Below are positions 18,028 to 26,680 of a DNA stretch of 45,277 nt, in pieces. Where the stretch lies: assembly GCA_038318015.1 (NCBI GenBank), contig JBBQBU010000001.1:1-45277 (forward strand). Direction: 5' to 3'. How positions within the stretch are numbered: position 1 is the first letter of the stretch; each line of letters opens with the position of its first letter. Source of the DNA: Chloroflexota bacterium (GTDB lineage: Bacteria > Chloroflexota > UBA6077 > JACCZL01). A program made the translations under genes and the position numbers. The notes beneath the pieces are model-generated. The model was not told the DNA's origin, searched no databases, and saw only the letters and a program-made list of their open reading frames with translations.

Positions 18028-19446
18028 ATGCGCGACGGGCAGACTGGAACACAGCGGATTCCGGAGTCGGTGGACGTGCTCGTCATCGGTGGCGGCAACG
18101 CGGCGATGTGTGCGGCGCTGGCCGCCCGCCACGAAGGCGCGTCGGTGCTGGTGCTGGAAGGCGCGCCGGAGCACTTCCGGGGCGGCAATAGCCGGCACAC
18201 CCGCGACGTGCGCTACCTACACACCCGCAAGAACGCCTACGTGACCGGCCTGTACCTCGAAGACGAGTTCTGGGACGACTTGATCCGCGTCACCGGCGGC
18301 AAGACCGACGAGCCGCTCGCCCGCCTGACGCTCCGCAATTCGGAAGACCTCGACGTGTGGATGGCCGACCACGGCGTCAAGTGGCAGAAGCCGCTTCGGG
18401 GGACGCTGCACTTAGCCCGCACCAACCTGTTTATGCTGGGCGGCGGGCGCGGCATGATGAACGGCTTCTACGAGACGGCGCGCCGCATGGGCATCACCAT
18501 CCTCTACGACGCCGGCTGCGAAGACCTCGTCGTCCAGCATGGCGTGTTCGATCACGCAGTCGTGCGGATCGACGGCGAGCGCCGCGAGATTCGGGCGAAG
18601 GCGCTGGTGGCGGCAGCGGGTGGCTTCGAGGCCAACATCGACTGGCTCAAGGAGTATTGGGGCGACGCCGCCGACAACTACATCATTCGAGGAACGCCGT
18701 ATAACACCGGCACGGTCCTCAAGTCGCTGCTGGAGCGCGGCGCGATGACCACCGGCGACCCGCGCGAGTTCCACGCCGTTGCCGTGGACGCCCGCGCACC
18801 GAAGTTCGACGGCGGCATCGTGACCCGGCTGGACAGCGTGCCATTCGGGATCGTGGTGAACCGGGACGGCGAACGGTTCTACGACGAGGGCGAGGACTTC
18901 TGGCCGAAGCGGTACGCCATCTGGGGCGGCTTGATCGCACGGGAGCCGGGCCAGGAAGCGTATTCAATCATCGACGCCGACGTGATCGACAAGTTCATGC
19001 CGTCAGTCTTCGCGCCCATCGAAGCGCCGACGGTGGGCGATCTCGCCGCAAAAATGGGCCTGGACCCTGCGAAGGTGACGGCGGCCGTGGACATGTTCAA
19101 CGCGTCGATTCGGCCGGGCACATTCCAGCCTGGCGAGCTTGACGACTGCCGCACTGAGGGGCTGACGCCACCCAAGAGTCACTGGGCGGTGCCAATCAAG
19201 CAGCCGCCGTTCTACGGCTACCCGCTGCGGCCGGGCATCACGTTCACCTACATGGGCGTGAAGGTGGACGATCACGCGCGCATCATCATGCACGACGGCC
19301 GCCCGTCGCCCAACATGACCGCCGCCGGCGAGTTGATGGCCGGCAACATCCTCGGCAAAGGCTACCTTGCTGGCTTCGGACTGACCATCGGGGCCGTCTT
19401 CGGCCGCATCGCCGGCAAGGAGGCCGCTGCCAATGCCCGCCGTTGA
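18028..19446 (+). CDS. tcuA: FAD-dependent tricarballylate dehydrogenase-like protein
   Basis: VDVLVIGGGNAAMCAALAARHEGASVLVLEGAP..FRGGNSRHTRD and LARTNLFMLGGG closely follow the Salmonella TcuA pattern as I recall it. Start trimmed to ATG 18028, preceded by AGGATGGG. Confidence 0.85.
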   Translation: MRDGQTGTQRIPESVDVLVIGGGNAAMCAALAARHEGASVLVLEGAPEHFRGGNSRHTRDVRYLHTRKNAYVTGLYLEDEFWDDLIRVTGGKTDEPLARLTLRNSEDLDVWMADHGVKWQKPLRGTLHLARTNLFMLGGGRGMMNGFYETARRMGITILYDAGCEDLVVQHGVFDHAVVRIDGERREIRAKALVAAAGGFEANIDWLKEYWGDAADNYIIRGTPYNTGTVLKSLLERGAMTTGDPREFHAVAVDARAPKFDGGIVTRLDSVPFGIVVNRDGERFYDEGEDFWPKRYAIWGGLIAREPGQEAYSIIDADVIDKFMPSVFAPIEAPTVGDLAAKMGLDPAKVTAAVDMFNASIRPGTFQPGELDDCRTEGLTPPKSHWAVPIKQPPFYGYPLRPGITFTYMGVKVDDHARIIMHDGRPSPNMTAAGELMAGNILGKGYLAGFGLTIGAVFGRIAGKEAAANARR

Positions 19447-20617
19447 GACGCCCGCACCAGCGCCAGCAGGGCCGCCAGGACCGAAGACTGAGCCGTTCAT
19501 GCTCGACCTCATCAAAGAGGCCGACCGGCAACTGACGATCTGCAACGCCTGCCGCTACTGCGAAGGGTATTGTGCCGTCTGGCCGGCAATGGAGTTACGG
19601 CGCACCTTCACGCCCTCAGACATTCTCTATCTCGCGAATCTCTGCTTCGACTGCCGGGCCTGTTACTACGCCTGCCAGTTCGCGCCGCCGCACCAGTTCG
19701 CGGTGAACATCCCGGAGATCTTCGCCGAGATCCGCACCGAGACGTACCAGGACTATTCGTGGCCCCGGCTGCTGGCGCGGATGGTCAAGAGCAACGCGAA
19801 GGCAGCCGTCATCATCACGACGATCTGCGTGGTGGCGGTGTTCGTGCTGGTGCTGCTGGCGCGGGGGCCGGGTGTCCTCTTTACGGCTCACACTGGCGAC
19901 GGCGCGTTCTTCCGCGTGGTGCCGTACATGGCGATGGTTGCGCCAGCCTCGGCCATCAGCCTGTTTGTGCTGGTGCTGTTCGGGGTTGGGGCGGTGCGCT
20001 TCTGGCGCGACACCGGCGGTTCAGCCACGGACATCGTGTCCTGGGCAGCGTTCCAGAAGGCGACGGCCGATGCCCTCGGCCTGCGCTACTTGAAGGGTGA
20101 CGGCTCAGGCTGCACCTACCCAGACGAGCAGTTCAGCCACACGCGCCGCATGTTCCACCACCTGACGTTCTACGGCTTCATGCTCGATCTTGCGTCCACG
20201 ACGACAGCGGCGATCTACCACCACGGCTTTCACTGGGAGTCGCCGTACCCGCTACTGTCGGTGCCGGTCGTGCTGGGCACGGTCGGCGGCATCATGCTGA
20301 TGGCTGGCACGGCCGGGCTGCTCTATCTGAAGTGGAAGGCTGACCGCGTCCCAGGTACGACGACGATGATGCAGATGGACGTGTCGTTCATCCTGATCCT
20401 GTTCCTGACCAGCCTGACGGGTATGTTGCTGCTGATTCTGCGCGAGACGCCCGCGATGGGCACGCTGCTGGCGATCCACCTGGGGGTGGTGGCAGCATTC
20501 TTCATCATGATTCCGTATGGAAAGCTGGCACACGTGGTCTACCGCTACTCGGCTTTGGTCCGAAACGCCATCGAGCAGCGCCGCGTCGCCGCCGAGGATG
20601 CGGCGAACGCCCACTGA
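19433..20617 (+). CDS. tcuB: tricarballylate utilization protein B-like (4Fe-4S, membrane-anchored)
   Basis: CNACRYCEGYCAVWP and CFDCRACYYACQFAPPH cysteine clusters are followed by about 6 TM helices. Overlaps tcuA by 14 nt. Confidence 0.85.
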   Translation: MPAVETPAPAPAGPPGPKTEPFMLDLIKEADRQLTICNACRYCEGYCAVWPAMELRRTFTPSDILYLANLCFDCRACYYACQFAPPHQFAVNIPEIFAEIRTETYQDYSWPRLLARMVKSNAKAAVIITTICVVAVFVLVLLARGPGVLFTAHTGDGAFFRVVPYMAMVAPASAISLFVLVLFGVGAVRFWRDTGGSATDIVSWAAFQKATADALGLRYLKGDGSGCTYPDEQFSHTRRMFHHLTFYGFMLDLASTTTAAIYHHGFHWESPYPLLSVPVVLGTVGGIMLMAGTAGLLYLKWKADRVPGTTTMMQMDVSFILILFLTSLTGMLLLILRETPAMGTLLAIHLGVVAAFFIMIPYGKLAHVVYRYSALVRNAIEQRRVAAEDAANAH

Positions 20618-20650
20618 TCCCGCTCGCTAGACATGTATGAGCAGATACGT

Positions 20651-20703
20651 CTCCCCTCACCCCCCGACTCCTCCTCTCCCGCAAGCAGGAGAGGGGGAGT
20701 CGG
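20651..20703. repeat. REP-like element, family A copy 1 (CCCTCACCCCCC box plus 16-bp hairpin)
   Basis: CCGACTCCTCCTCTCC (20664-20679) pairs with GGAGAGGGGGAGTCGG (20688-20703) around the loop CGCAAGCA, preceded by CCCTCACCCCCC. Lies 34 nt downstream of the tcuB stop. Confidence 0.8.
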
Positions 20704-20758
20704 CACAGCCAGCGCCATCCCGACCACACCAAACTTGCGAGCACCTATGCCCGTCTAT

Positions 20759-20869
20759 GTCATCCCGAACACAGCGAGCCTGCGGATGCCTGCCCTCCCC
20801 CATGCCATCCCCAGCGGTGGGGATGACGTCCACTGCCTGCAATCTGCACGAATGCCGCGCAGATTCAGG
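20759..20869. repeat. cluster of nested palindromes related to repeat family B
   Basis: GTCATCCC (20759-20766) and CATCCCCA (20806-20813) both complement the same 3' arm (TGGGGATGAC, 20818-20827). A separate 11-bp interrupted hairpin spans 20836-20869 (CCTGcAATCTGC ... GCAGATTCAGG). Confidence 0.6.
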
Positions 20870-20946
20870 CCGGCCGACGGCCGATCAACCCGCACGAGTT
20901 CGGCGCTGCCAACCGCAGGAAAGAAGCGATGTAGGAGGGCGGGTCA

Positions 20947-22575
20947 GTGAAGACCGCTGAGTTTGTCGGCCGCTACCTGGCGGCGCGCGGCGTCAAGCAC
21001 GCCTTCGGGCACCCCGGCAGCGATGTCATGGACCTGATCGAGGGGTTCGAGCAGGCCGGCATCGAGTTCGTGCTGACCCACCACGAGAACACCGCCGCCT
21101 ACATGGCGAACGTCAACGGACAGCTTCGCGGCGTGCCGGGCGTCGCCATCGCGACGAAGGGGCCGGGCGTGACCAATATCACGTCGGGCGTGGCGGCGGC
21201 GCTCCTTGACCGCGCGCCGCTGCTCTGCTTCACGTCGCACATCGACGAGGAGACGGCCGCGTCGTACGTTCACCAGCATCTGCCGGTGGTCGAGTTCTAT
21301 CGCACCATCACCAAGATGGCCGCCGAGATGACGGCCGCCAACGCCGCCGAGTTGGTGCCGCGCGCCTACCAGACTGCGCTGGCCAGCCTACCGGGGTCGG
21401 TCTATCTGCCGTCGTCGGCCCGTGAGCAGACGCGCGACATGCCCGGCGAAGACGTGGCGCTCCAGGCCATCATCGACACCGCGCCGCCGGCCGAGCAGCT
21501 CGCGACACCCGACCTGACGGCAGCCGCCGCCCTGGTCCGCGACGCAGAACGGCTGTTGGTGGTCGTCGGGCCGGGCTTCAACCACGCCAACGTCAACGCA
21601 AAGTTGCTCGAACTGGTGGACGCACTCAGCGCGCCGGTCTGCGTGACGCCGGAGGCGGTCGGGCAGGTGCCGGCCGACCACGCGCTGTACGCGGGCATGT
21701 ACGGCTGGTACGACGACCCGCTCCGCAAATTGATGGGCGAGGCCGACATCATCCTGACCCTCGGCTCGGAGGGCTGGGACAACATGGGGAGCTACAACGG
21801 CCCCGGCCGGGTGGTCAGCCTGGCAGCGACCGGTGCGAACGACCCGACCTTCCAGCCGGTCGCCCATGCGGTGAACGGCGACCCGGCCGCCCTGTTGCGC
21901 GGCATGGCCGAAGCGGGCCGCCACCAGGGCGCACGAGCCTGGGGCGCGGCTCACGCTGCCGAAGTCCTGGGTGAGATCGACCACAACCTCAGCGTCTCGA
22001 CGGAGCACAACGAGGCCGACGGCATCCCGCCGCAGGCGGTGCTGACCCTGCTCCGGCAGGCGGCCCCGCGCAACGCGATTTTCTCGTGTGACGTGGGGGC
22101 GCACAAGTCGCTCTCGTGTCAGGCGTGGCGCTCGTACGAGCCGAAGACGCTCGCCCTGACCAACGGCCTGTCCCCGATGGGCTTCGGGCTGGCGAGCGCG
22201 ATGGGTGCGAAGATCGCCTGTCCGGACCGGACGGTCGTCAGCGTGACCGGCGACGGAGGGCTGCTCATGTACGGCGGCGAATTGGCGACCTGGGCTAGAC
22301 TGAAGCTGCCGCTGGTGCTGGTCGTGATGATCGACGCCAGCCTGACGCAGGTGAAGCGGCGGCAGGAGCGGCGCGGCTACTCCGTGGCAAGCACGTCATT
22401 CCAGCAGGTGGACTTCTGCGGGCTGGCGGGCGTCCTCGGCATCGACAGCATCCGCGCCAGGACCACGGCCGAACTGCAAGTCGCCCTTGACAAAGCCATC
22501 GCCGCGAACCGCCCGGTGCTGATCGAGGCGATCCTCGACACGGAGGAGTACCGGCGCATCCCCGGCACGCCGTAG
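20947..22575 (+). CDS. thiamine-diphosphate-dependent enzyme (acetolactate synthase large-subunit family)
   Basis: GTG start preceded by AGGAGGG. N-terminal Pyr domain (GVKHAFGHPGSDVMDLI, ATKGPGVTN) and a C-terminal PP domain with GDGGLLMYGGEL (GDG-x24-N type). 542 aa. Confidence 0.85.
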   Translation: MKTAEFVGRYLAARGVKHAFGHPGSDVMDLIEGFEQAGIEFVLTHHENTAAYMANVNGQLRGVPGVAIATKGPGVTNITSGVAAALLDRAPLLCFTSHIDEETAASYVHQHLPVVEFYRTITKMAAEMTAANAAELVPRAYQTALASLPGSVYLPSSAREQTRDMPGEDVALQAIIDTAPPAEQLATPDLTAAAALVRDAERLLVVVGPGFNHANVNAKLLELVDALSAPVCVTPEAVGQVPADHALYAGMYGWYDDPLRKLMGEADIILTLGSEGWDNMGSYNGPGRVVSLAATGANDPTFQPVAHAVNGDPAALLRGMAEAGRHQGARAWGAAHAAEVLGEIDHNLSVSTEHNEADGIPPQAVLTLLRQAAPRNAIFSCDVGAHKSLSCQAWRSYEPKTLALTNGLSPMGFGLASAMGAKIACPDRTVVSVTGDGGLLMYGGELATWARLKLPLVLVVMIDASLTQVKRRQERRGYSVASTSFQQVDFCGLAGVLGIDSIRARTTAELQVALDKAIAANRPVLIEAILDTEEYRRIPGTP

Positions 22576-22583
22576 GCCAGTAC

Positions 22584-22629
22584 GCTCCCCCTCTCCCACT
22601 TGTGGGAGAGGGGGGCTGGGGGGTGAGGG
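22584..22629. repeat. REP-like element, family A copy 2 (inverted orientation)
   Basis: CCCCCTCTCCC (22587-22597) pairs with GGGAGAGGGGG (22604-22614) around the loop ACTTGT. GGGGGGTGAGGG follows, the reverse complement of the CCCTCACCCCCC box. Starts 9 nt after the stop of the ThDP enzyme gene. Confidence 0.8.
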
Positions 22630-22706
22630 CTAGCCAAACGACTTGACCGGAGCACTGGCGCCGGACCACCATGCCACGTGAGCACCACATATCGGGAGCA
22701 AGATCA

Positions 22707-23777
22707 ATGCGGATCGGGATCATGGGCGCAGGGGCCATCGGCTGCAACGTCGGCGGCATGCTCGCCCGGGCGGGCCACGACATCACCTTCATCGACCAGT
22801 GGCCGGCCCACGTCGAGGCGATGCGGACGAACGGCCTGAAGCTGAGCGGCACCTGGCCAGACTACGTGGTGCCGCCGGATGCGTTCAAGGCGCTACACTT
22901 GCACGAGGCCCAACTCATTGAAGAGCCGTTCGACGCGGTGTTCCTGGCCGTCAAGGGCTACGACACTGAATGGGCGACCATGTTCAGCCTGCGGTTCCTG
23001 AAGGAGCCGGACGGGGTGATCGTGGACTTCCAGAACGGCATCAATGACCACCGGGTCGCGGCTGTGGCCGGCGCGCACCGCACACTCGGCTGCGTCATCA
23101 CCATTGGCGCGGGCCTCTATGAGCCGGGCGTGGCGTTGCGGACGGATCCGGTCAACACGGACCGCGTTGGCTTCAAGATCGGTGAGCTTGACGGCAGCGA
23201 CACGCCACGCGCCCGTGAACTGGCCGAGGTGATGAACGCGGTCACGCTGACGAAGTTCACGAACAACCTGTTCGGCGAGCGCTGGTCAAAGATGGCGGCC
23301 AACTGCATGTCGAATCCGCTGGCTGGCCTGAGCGGCTACGGCTCGGCGCAGACCAAGACGGTCGATGTCGCCCGCCGCATCGGCATTCAGGTTGCCGCCG
23401 AGGTGATCCAGGTCGGCCGCGCGGCCGGCTACGAGGTTGAGCCAGTCGCCGGCATTGACGCACAGCGATACGTCGATGGCGCGGCCGGCAAGAACCTGAG
23501 CAGCCTTGAAGCGGACATGGTGGCGGCCGTGTCGAAGACCGCCGGCGAGGGCCGACCGTCGTTCCTGCAAGACGTGATGCGGAATCGCCGCACCGAGATC
23601 GAGGAACTGAACGGCTACGTGGCCGCCGAGGGCCAGCGTCTGGGCGTCGCCACGCCCTTCAACGAAGCAGTGGTGCGCGAGGTCAAGAAGCACGCGGTCG
23701 GCACGTTGCAGCCAGACCCGAAGAACCTGGACGCCATCGCCGCGCTGCTGCCGCAGGCCCAGGCGATCCCCGCCTGA
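22707..23777 (+). CDS. 2-dehydropantoate 2-reductase family oxidoreductase (PanE/ApbA-like)
   Basis: MRIGIMGAGAIGCNVGG Rossmann start, with GGGAG SD at 22694-22698. The C-terminal domain motif SFLQDVMRNRRTEIEELNG matches the KPR signature S-x-x-QD-x5-TEI. Confidence 0.8.
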   Translation: MRIGIMGAGAIGCNVGGMLARAGHDITFIDQWPAHVEAMRTNGLKLSGTWPDYVVPPDAFKALHLHEAQLIEEPFDAVFLAVKGYDTEWATMFSLRFLKEPDGVIVDFQNGINDHRVAAVAGAHRTLGCVITIGAGLYEPGVALRTDPVNTDRVGFKIGELDGSDTPRARELAEVMNAVTLTKFTNNLFGERWSKMAANCMSNPLAGLSGYGSAQTKTVDVARRIGIQVAAEVIQVGRAAGYEVEPVAGIDAQRYVDGAAGKNLSSLEADMVAAVSKTAGEGRPSFLQDVMRNRRTEIEELNGYVAAEGQRLGVATPFNEAVVREVKKHAVGTLQPDPKNLDAIAALLPQAQAIPA

Positions 23778-23824
23778 GGAACCCAACTACTGATCGGTCA
23801 CCCGCCAGTTCAACGAGGAGCACC

Positions 23825-24448
23825 ATGGTAGATCACAGTCGCCTGTCCATGCCGGTCGGCGAAGCGATGTTCACGCAGCGCTCGATTCGCCGCCTCAAGC
23901 CCGACCCGATCCCGATGGAAGACTTGCGCCTGATCCTGGAGGCGGCCGTCAAGGCACCGAACGGCGGCAACTCGCAGCCCGCGCGGTTCTTGCTGGTCAC
24001 GGACCGCGACCTGATTCAGAAGTTTGGCGCGATCTACAAGGAAGCATGGTGGGCCAAGCGCCGCGACCAGGGCTGGAAGACGTTTGAGGACTTGCCGAAG
24101 GACGGCACGTCGTACCGCAACGCGGCGTAACTGGCCGAGGACATCAAGGACGCGCCGGTCATCATCTTCGCGCTCGGGGCGAATGGCGCGGGCGGCGGCT
24201 CGGTCTACCCGGCGACCCAGAACCTGATGTTGGCGGCGCGCGCGTTGGGCATCGGCACGGTCCCCACCACGCTGCACGACGAGGTGATGGACGAGTTCCG
24301 CGCCCTCTTCAACGTGCCGGCCAGCGCGGCGTTCCACTTCTGCATCCCGCTCGGCTACCCGAAGGGCAACTTCGGGCCGACAACGCGCAAGCCGACGACC
24401 GAGGTGTCGTACTTCAACACCTGGGACTCGCCGGTCCCCTGGAGCTGA
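23825..24448 (+). pseudogene. nitroreductase-family gene interrupted by a single in-frame TAA (24128-24130)
   Basis: Track ORFs 23825..24130 and 24227..24448 share one frame (402 nt apart), and 24131-24226 has no further stops. The joined product is about 206 aa and carries RSIRRLKPDPIP, APNGGNSQPARFLLV, PATQNLMLAARALGIGT and IPLGYP. GC3 stays high downstream of the stop. Confidence 0.7.
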
Positions 24449-24454
24449 CGAAAG

Positions 24455-24494
24455 CCCTCACCTCCGGCCCCTCTCCCGTGCGCGAGAGAGGGGT
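24455..24494. repeat. REP-like element, family A copy 3
   Basis: CCCTCACCTCC box followed by CCCCTCTC (24468-24475) pairing with GAGAGGGG (24486-24493). Starts 7 nt after the nitroreductase stop. Confidence 0.75.
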
Positions 24495-24556
24495 GCCCGT
24501 GGTCCGGCCCGGCGTTGCCCAGGGTCGGACACAATGCCGAGGTGCCTCCACATTCA

Positions 24557-24676
24557 TGTGATCCTGAGCAGCGAGCTTGCCAGCGTCGTGAAGGATCTCC
24601 CAGTCACGAGCGGCAGTGACTGTCTGCGAACAGAAACTGCAGACTGGGGTGAGATCCTTCGCTTTGCTCAGGATGA
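24557..24676. repeat. composite 120-nt inverted-repeat element, family B (GTCATCCTGAGCAAAGCGAAGGATCTC type)
   Basis: The left arm GTGATCCTGAGCAGCGA[15-nt bulge]GAAGGATCTC (24557-24598) is complementary to the right arm GAGATCCTTCGCTTTGCTCAGGATGAC (24650-24676). The core holds two hairpins (CAGTCAC/GTGACTG 24600-24621; GTCTGC/GCAGAC 24621-24643) and a competing CCCAGTC/GACTGGG pairing. Confidence 0.75.
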
Positions 24677-24760
24677 CATGGGAGGTCGTGAGCCTACCTT
24701 GACTACTCGGGTTGGCACTTGCGGACCGGTTGCATGCCCGTCCACGACTGCTGATCGCGC

Positions 24761-26377
24761 CTACAACTCGCGCAGCGCGTTGAACTGGGCCACGTACCCG
24801 GACTTGTCGATGCGCGCGCCGATGACAGTCGGGCGGGTCGAGGCGACTGCGGCGGTCAAGGCGTCGGCCAGCGCCGCCTCCGTCTCCACCGTCACGCCAT
24901 CTGCGCCGAGGCCCTGCGCCAATTTCTCCCAGTCCAGGCTGCCAAGCCCGATGCCGTACGGCTCCATCCCCTTGATCTCCTGCTTGACGCGGATCAGCCC
25001 AATCTTCTGGTCGTCGAAGACCACCACCACCATCGGCAACTGCTCGCGGACGGCCGTGCGTAGCTCCGCGACGGCCATCAGGAAGCCGCCATCACCAGTG
25101 AAGCAGACGATTGGGCGGGCGGGGTGGGCCAGCCGCGCCGCCATGCCACCGGGAATGGCGTACCCCATCGTGGCAAGGCCGTTCGAGGTCAGGAACTCGC
25201 GCGGGCCGTACGTCTGCCACTTCTGGACGACCAGCAACCGGCTCGCGCCGGCGTCGCAGGTGGCGATGGTGTCACGCGGGAGTACCTGCCGGGCCACCTC
25301 GACCAGCCGGGCCGGCGCGAGTCCGGGGTCACCGGGGGGCACCTCCAGCGCGTCGGCAAGCTGCGACTGATACTGACGTGCTGCGGCCTCACCCCAGCCA
25401 GACCCGGCAGCCGAGAACTCGGTGAGGCTCGCCAGCAACGGTCCCAGACCACCGACAAGCTCCAGGGAGGCAGGTACCAGCGCGTCGGTGCTCTGCACGC
25501 TGTTCAGCGCGAGCACCGACGCCGTATACGGCCACGGCTTCGGCTGAAGCTCCACGCCGTCCAGGCCCACCGCAACGATCAAATCAGCCTGCTGCACGAT
25601 CTCGCGTTCGATCAGCCCGCCGATCAGCGCGCCGGCCCGCAACGGATGATCTTCCGGGATTACCCCCTTTGCCTTCGTCGTGGTCAAGACCGGCGCGCCC
25701 AGTTGCTCGGCCAGCGCCACAACGCCGTCGCTGGCCCGCTCCCAGAGGACACCGAGGCCAACCAGGAGAACCGGGCGGCGGGCACGGGCCAACATCGCCA
25801 GGGCGGGCTGCAGGCTGTCGCGGTCCGGGCGCAGCGCCCCGATGTTCGGGAGCAGCGGCACATCGGCCGGCAGATCAGCCGCCTCTTGCAACGTCTCGGT
25901 AGACGGCAAGTCAAGCTGGACCGGCCCCGGCGGCGGTGAGGTCGCCACCCGCAGCGCCCGTCTGAGCGTGTGCCGCACCGTCTTCGCCCCGATGGTGCCG
26001 TTCCATTTCGTCACCGAGTCGTACAGCGCCAGATGGTCTAGCCGTTGACGCAGGCCGGTCGCGAAGGTGACAGGACCGTACTGGTCGGTAATCGCGATCA
26101 GCGGACTGCGGTCCATCCAGGCGTGGGTCACGCCATTGACCATGTTCGCCGCACCCGGCGCACGCGTCGAGAGGCAGACGCCCGGCGCACCGGTGATGTC
26201 GCCCCAGGTGGCCGCCAGCATCGCCCCGGCCGACTCTTGCGTCACCAGGATGAAGCGCATCCCGAGGTTGCGGGCCGCCTCCATCAGTTCAACGGACTCG
26301 CCGCCCGGGTGCCCGACGATGAACGGCGTCCCGGCCGTCTGAAAGGCCTCGGCCATGACCTCGACGGTGCTCGGCAT
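24761..26377 (-). CDS. thiamine-diphosphate-dependent enzyme (acetolactate synthase large-subunit family), second copy
   Basis: Start trimmed to ATG 26377, preceded by GAGGAGGG. Motifs include GTPFIVGHPGGESVELMEA, STRAPGAANMVNG and a C-terminal GDGGFLMAVAEL ThDP motif. 538 aa. Confidence 0.85.
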   Translation of the reverse strand: MPSTVEVMAEAFQTAGTPFIVGHPGGESVELMEAARNLGMRFILVTQESAGAMLAATWGDITGAPGVCLSTRAPGAANMVNGVTHAWMDRSPLIAITDQYGPVTFATGLRQRLDHLALYDSVTKWNGTIGAKTVRHTLRRALRVATSPPPGPVQLDLPSTETLQEAADLPADVPLLPNIGALRPDRDSLQPALAMLARARRPVLLVGLGVLWERASDGVVALAEQLGAPVLTTTKAKGVIPEDHPLRAGALIGGLIEREIVQQADLIVAVGLDGVELQPKPWPYTASVLALNSVQSTDALVPASLELVGGLGPLLASLTEFSAAGSGWGEAAARQYQSQLADALEVPPGDPGLAPARLVEVARQVLPRDTIATCDAGASRLLVVQKWQTYGPREFLTSNGLATMGYAIPGGMAARLAHPARPIVCFTGDGGFLMAVAELRTAVREQLPMVVVVFDDQKIGLIRVKQEIKGMEPYGIGLGSLDWEKLAQGLGADGVTVETEAALADALTAAVASTRPTVIGARIDKSGYVAQFNALREL

Positions 26378-26680
26378 CCGTCCCTCCTCAGCGGGTGCGC
26401 GGATTGGTAAGCGCGGCCGGCATCGGCGCGATGCAGCAGAGACAGTATAGCCACGCCCCCTCCATGCAACTGACCGCTCGGAGGGAAACGGGGGCGGATC
26501 AGACCGTGGCAGGGCCGGCACGACAGGCACTTTGGCGTGCCAGCGCGCCGTCGATGGACACCGTCCGGCCCAGTACGTGTGGCGACTGTGCCCTGAAACC
26601 GGGCCGGCGCATCGGCTCGGCTGGGTACCATCCAGGCACGGCGCGGGCGTTCCGCGCACAGCCAGCCTGGAGGGTTCCAC

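Noticed and set aside
24534-25370. 278-aa plus-strand ORF spanning the family B repeat and the 3' end of the second ThDP enzyme gene.
   Set aside because: Its N-terminus is a translation of the repeat element (..GEILRFAQDDMGG..). The rest is antisense to a well-supported ThDP enzyme gene.
26378-26680. 303-nt divergent intergenic region (ThDP enzyme / 5'-3' exonuclease) examined for ncRNA or operator repeats.
   Set aside because: Only short, weak hairpins are present (for example GGCAC-TTTGGC-GTGCC). There are no repeated boxes or recognisable RNA motifs, so it is most simply two divergent promoters.
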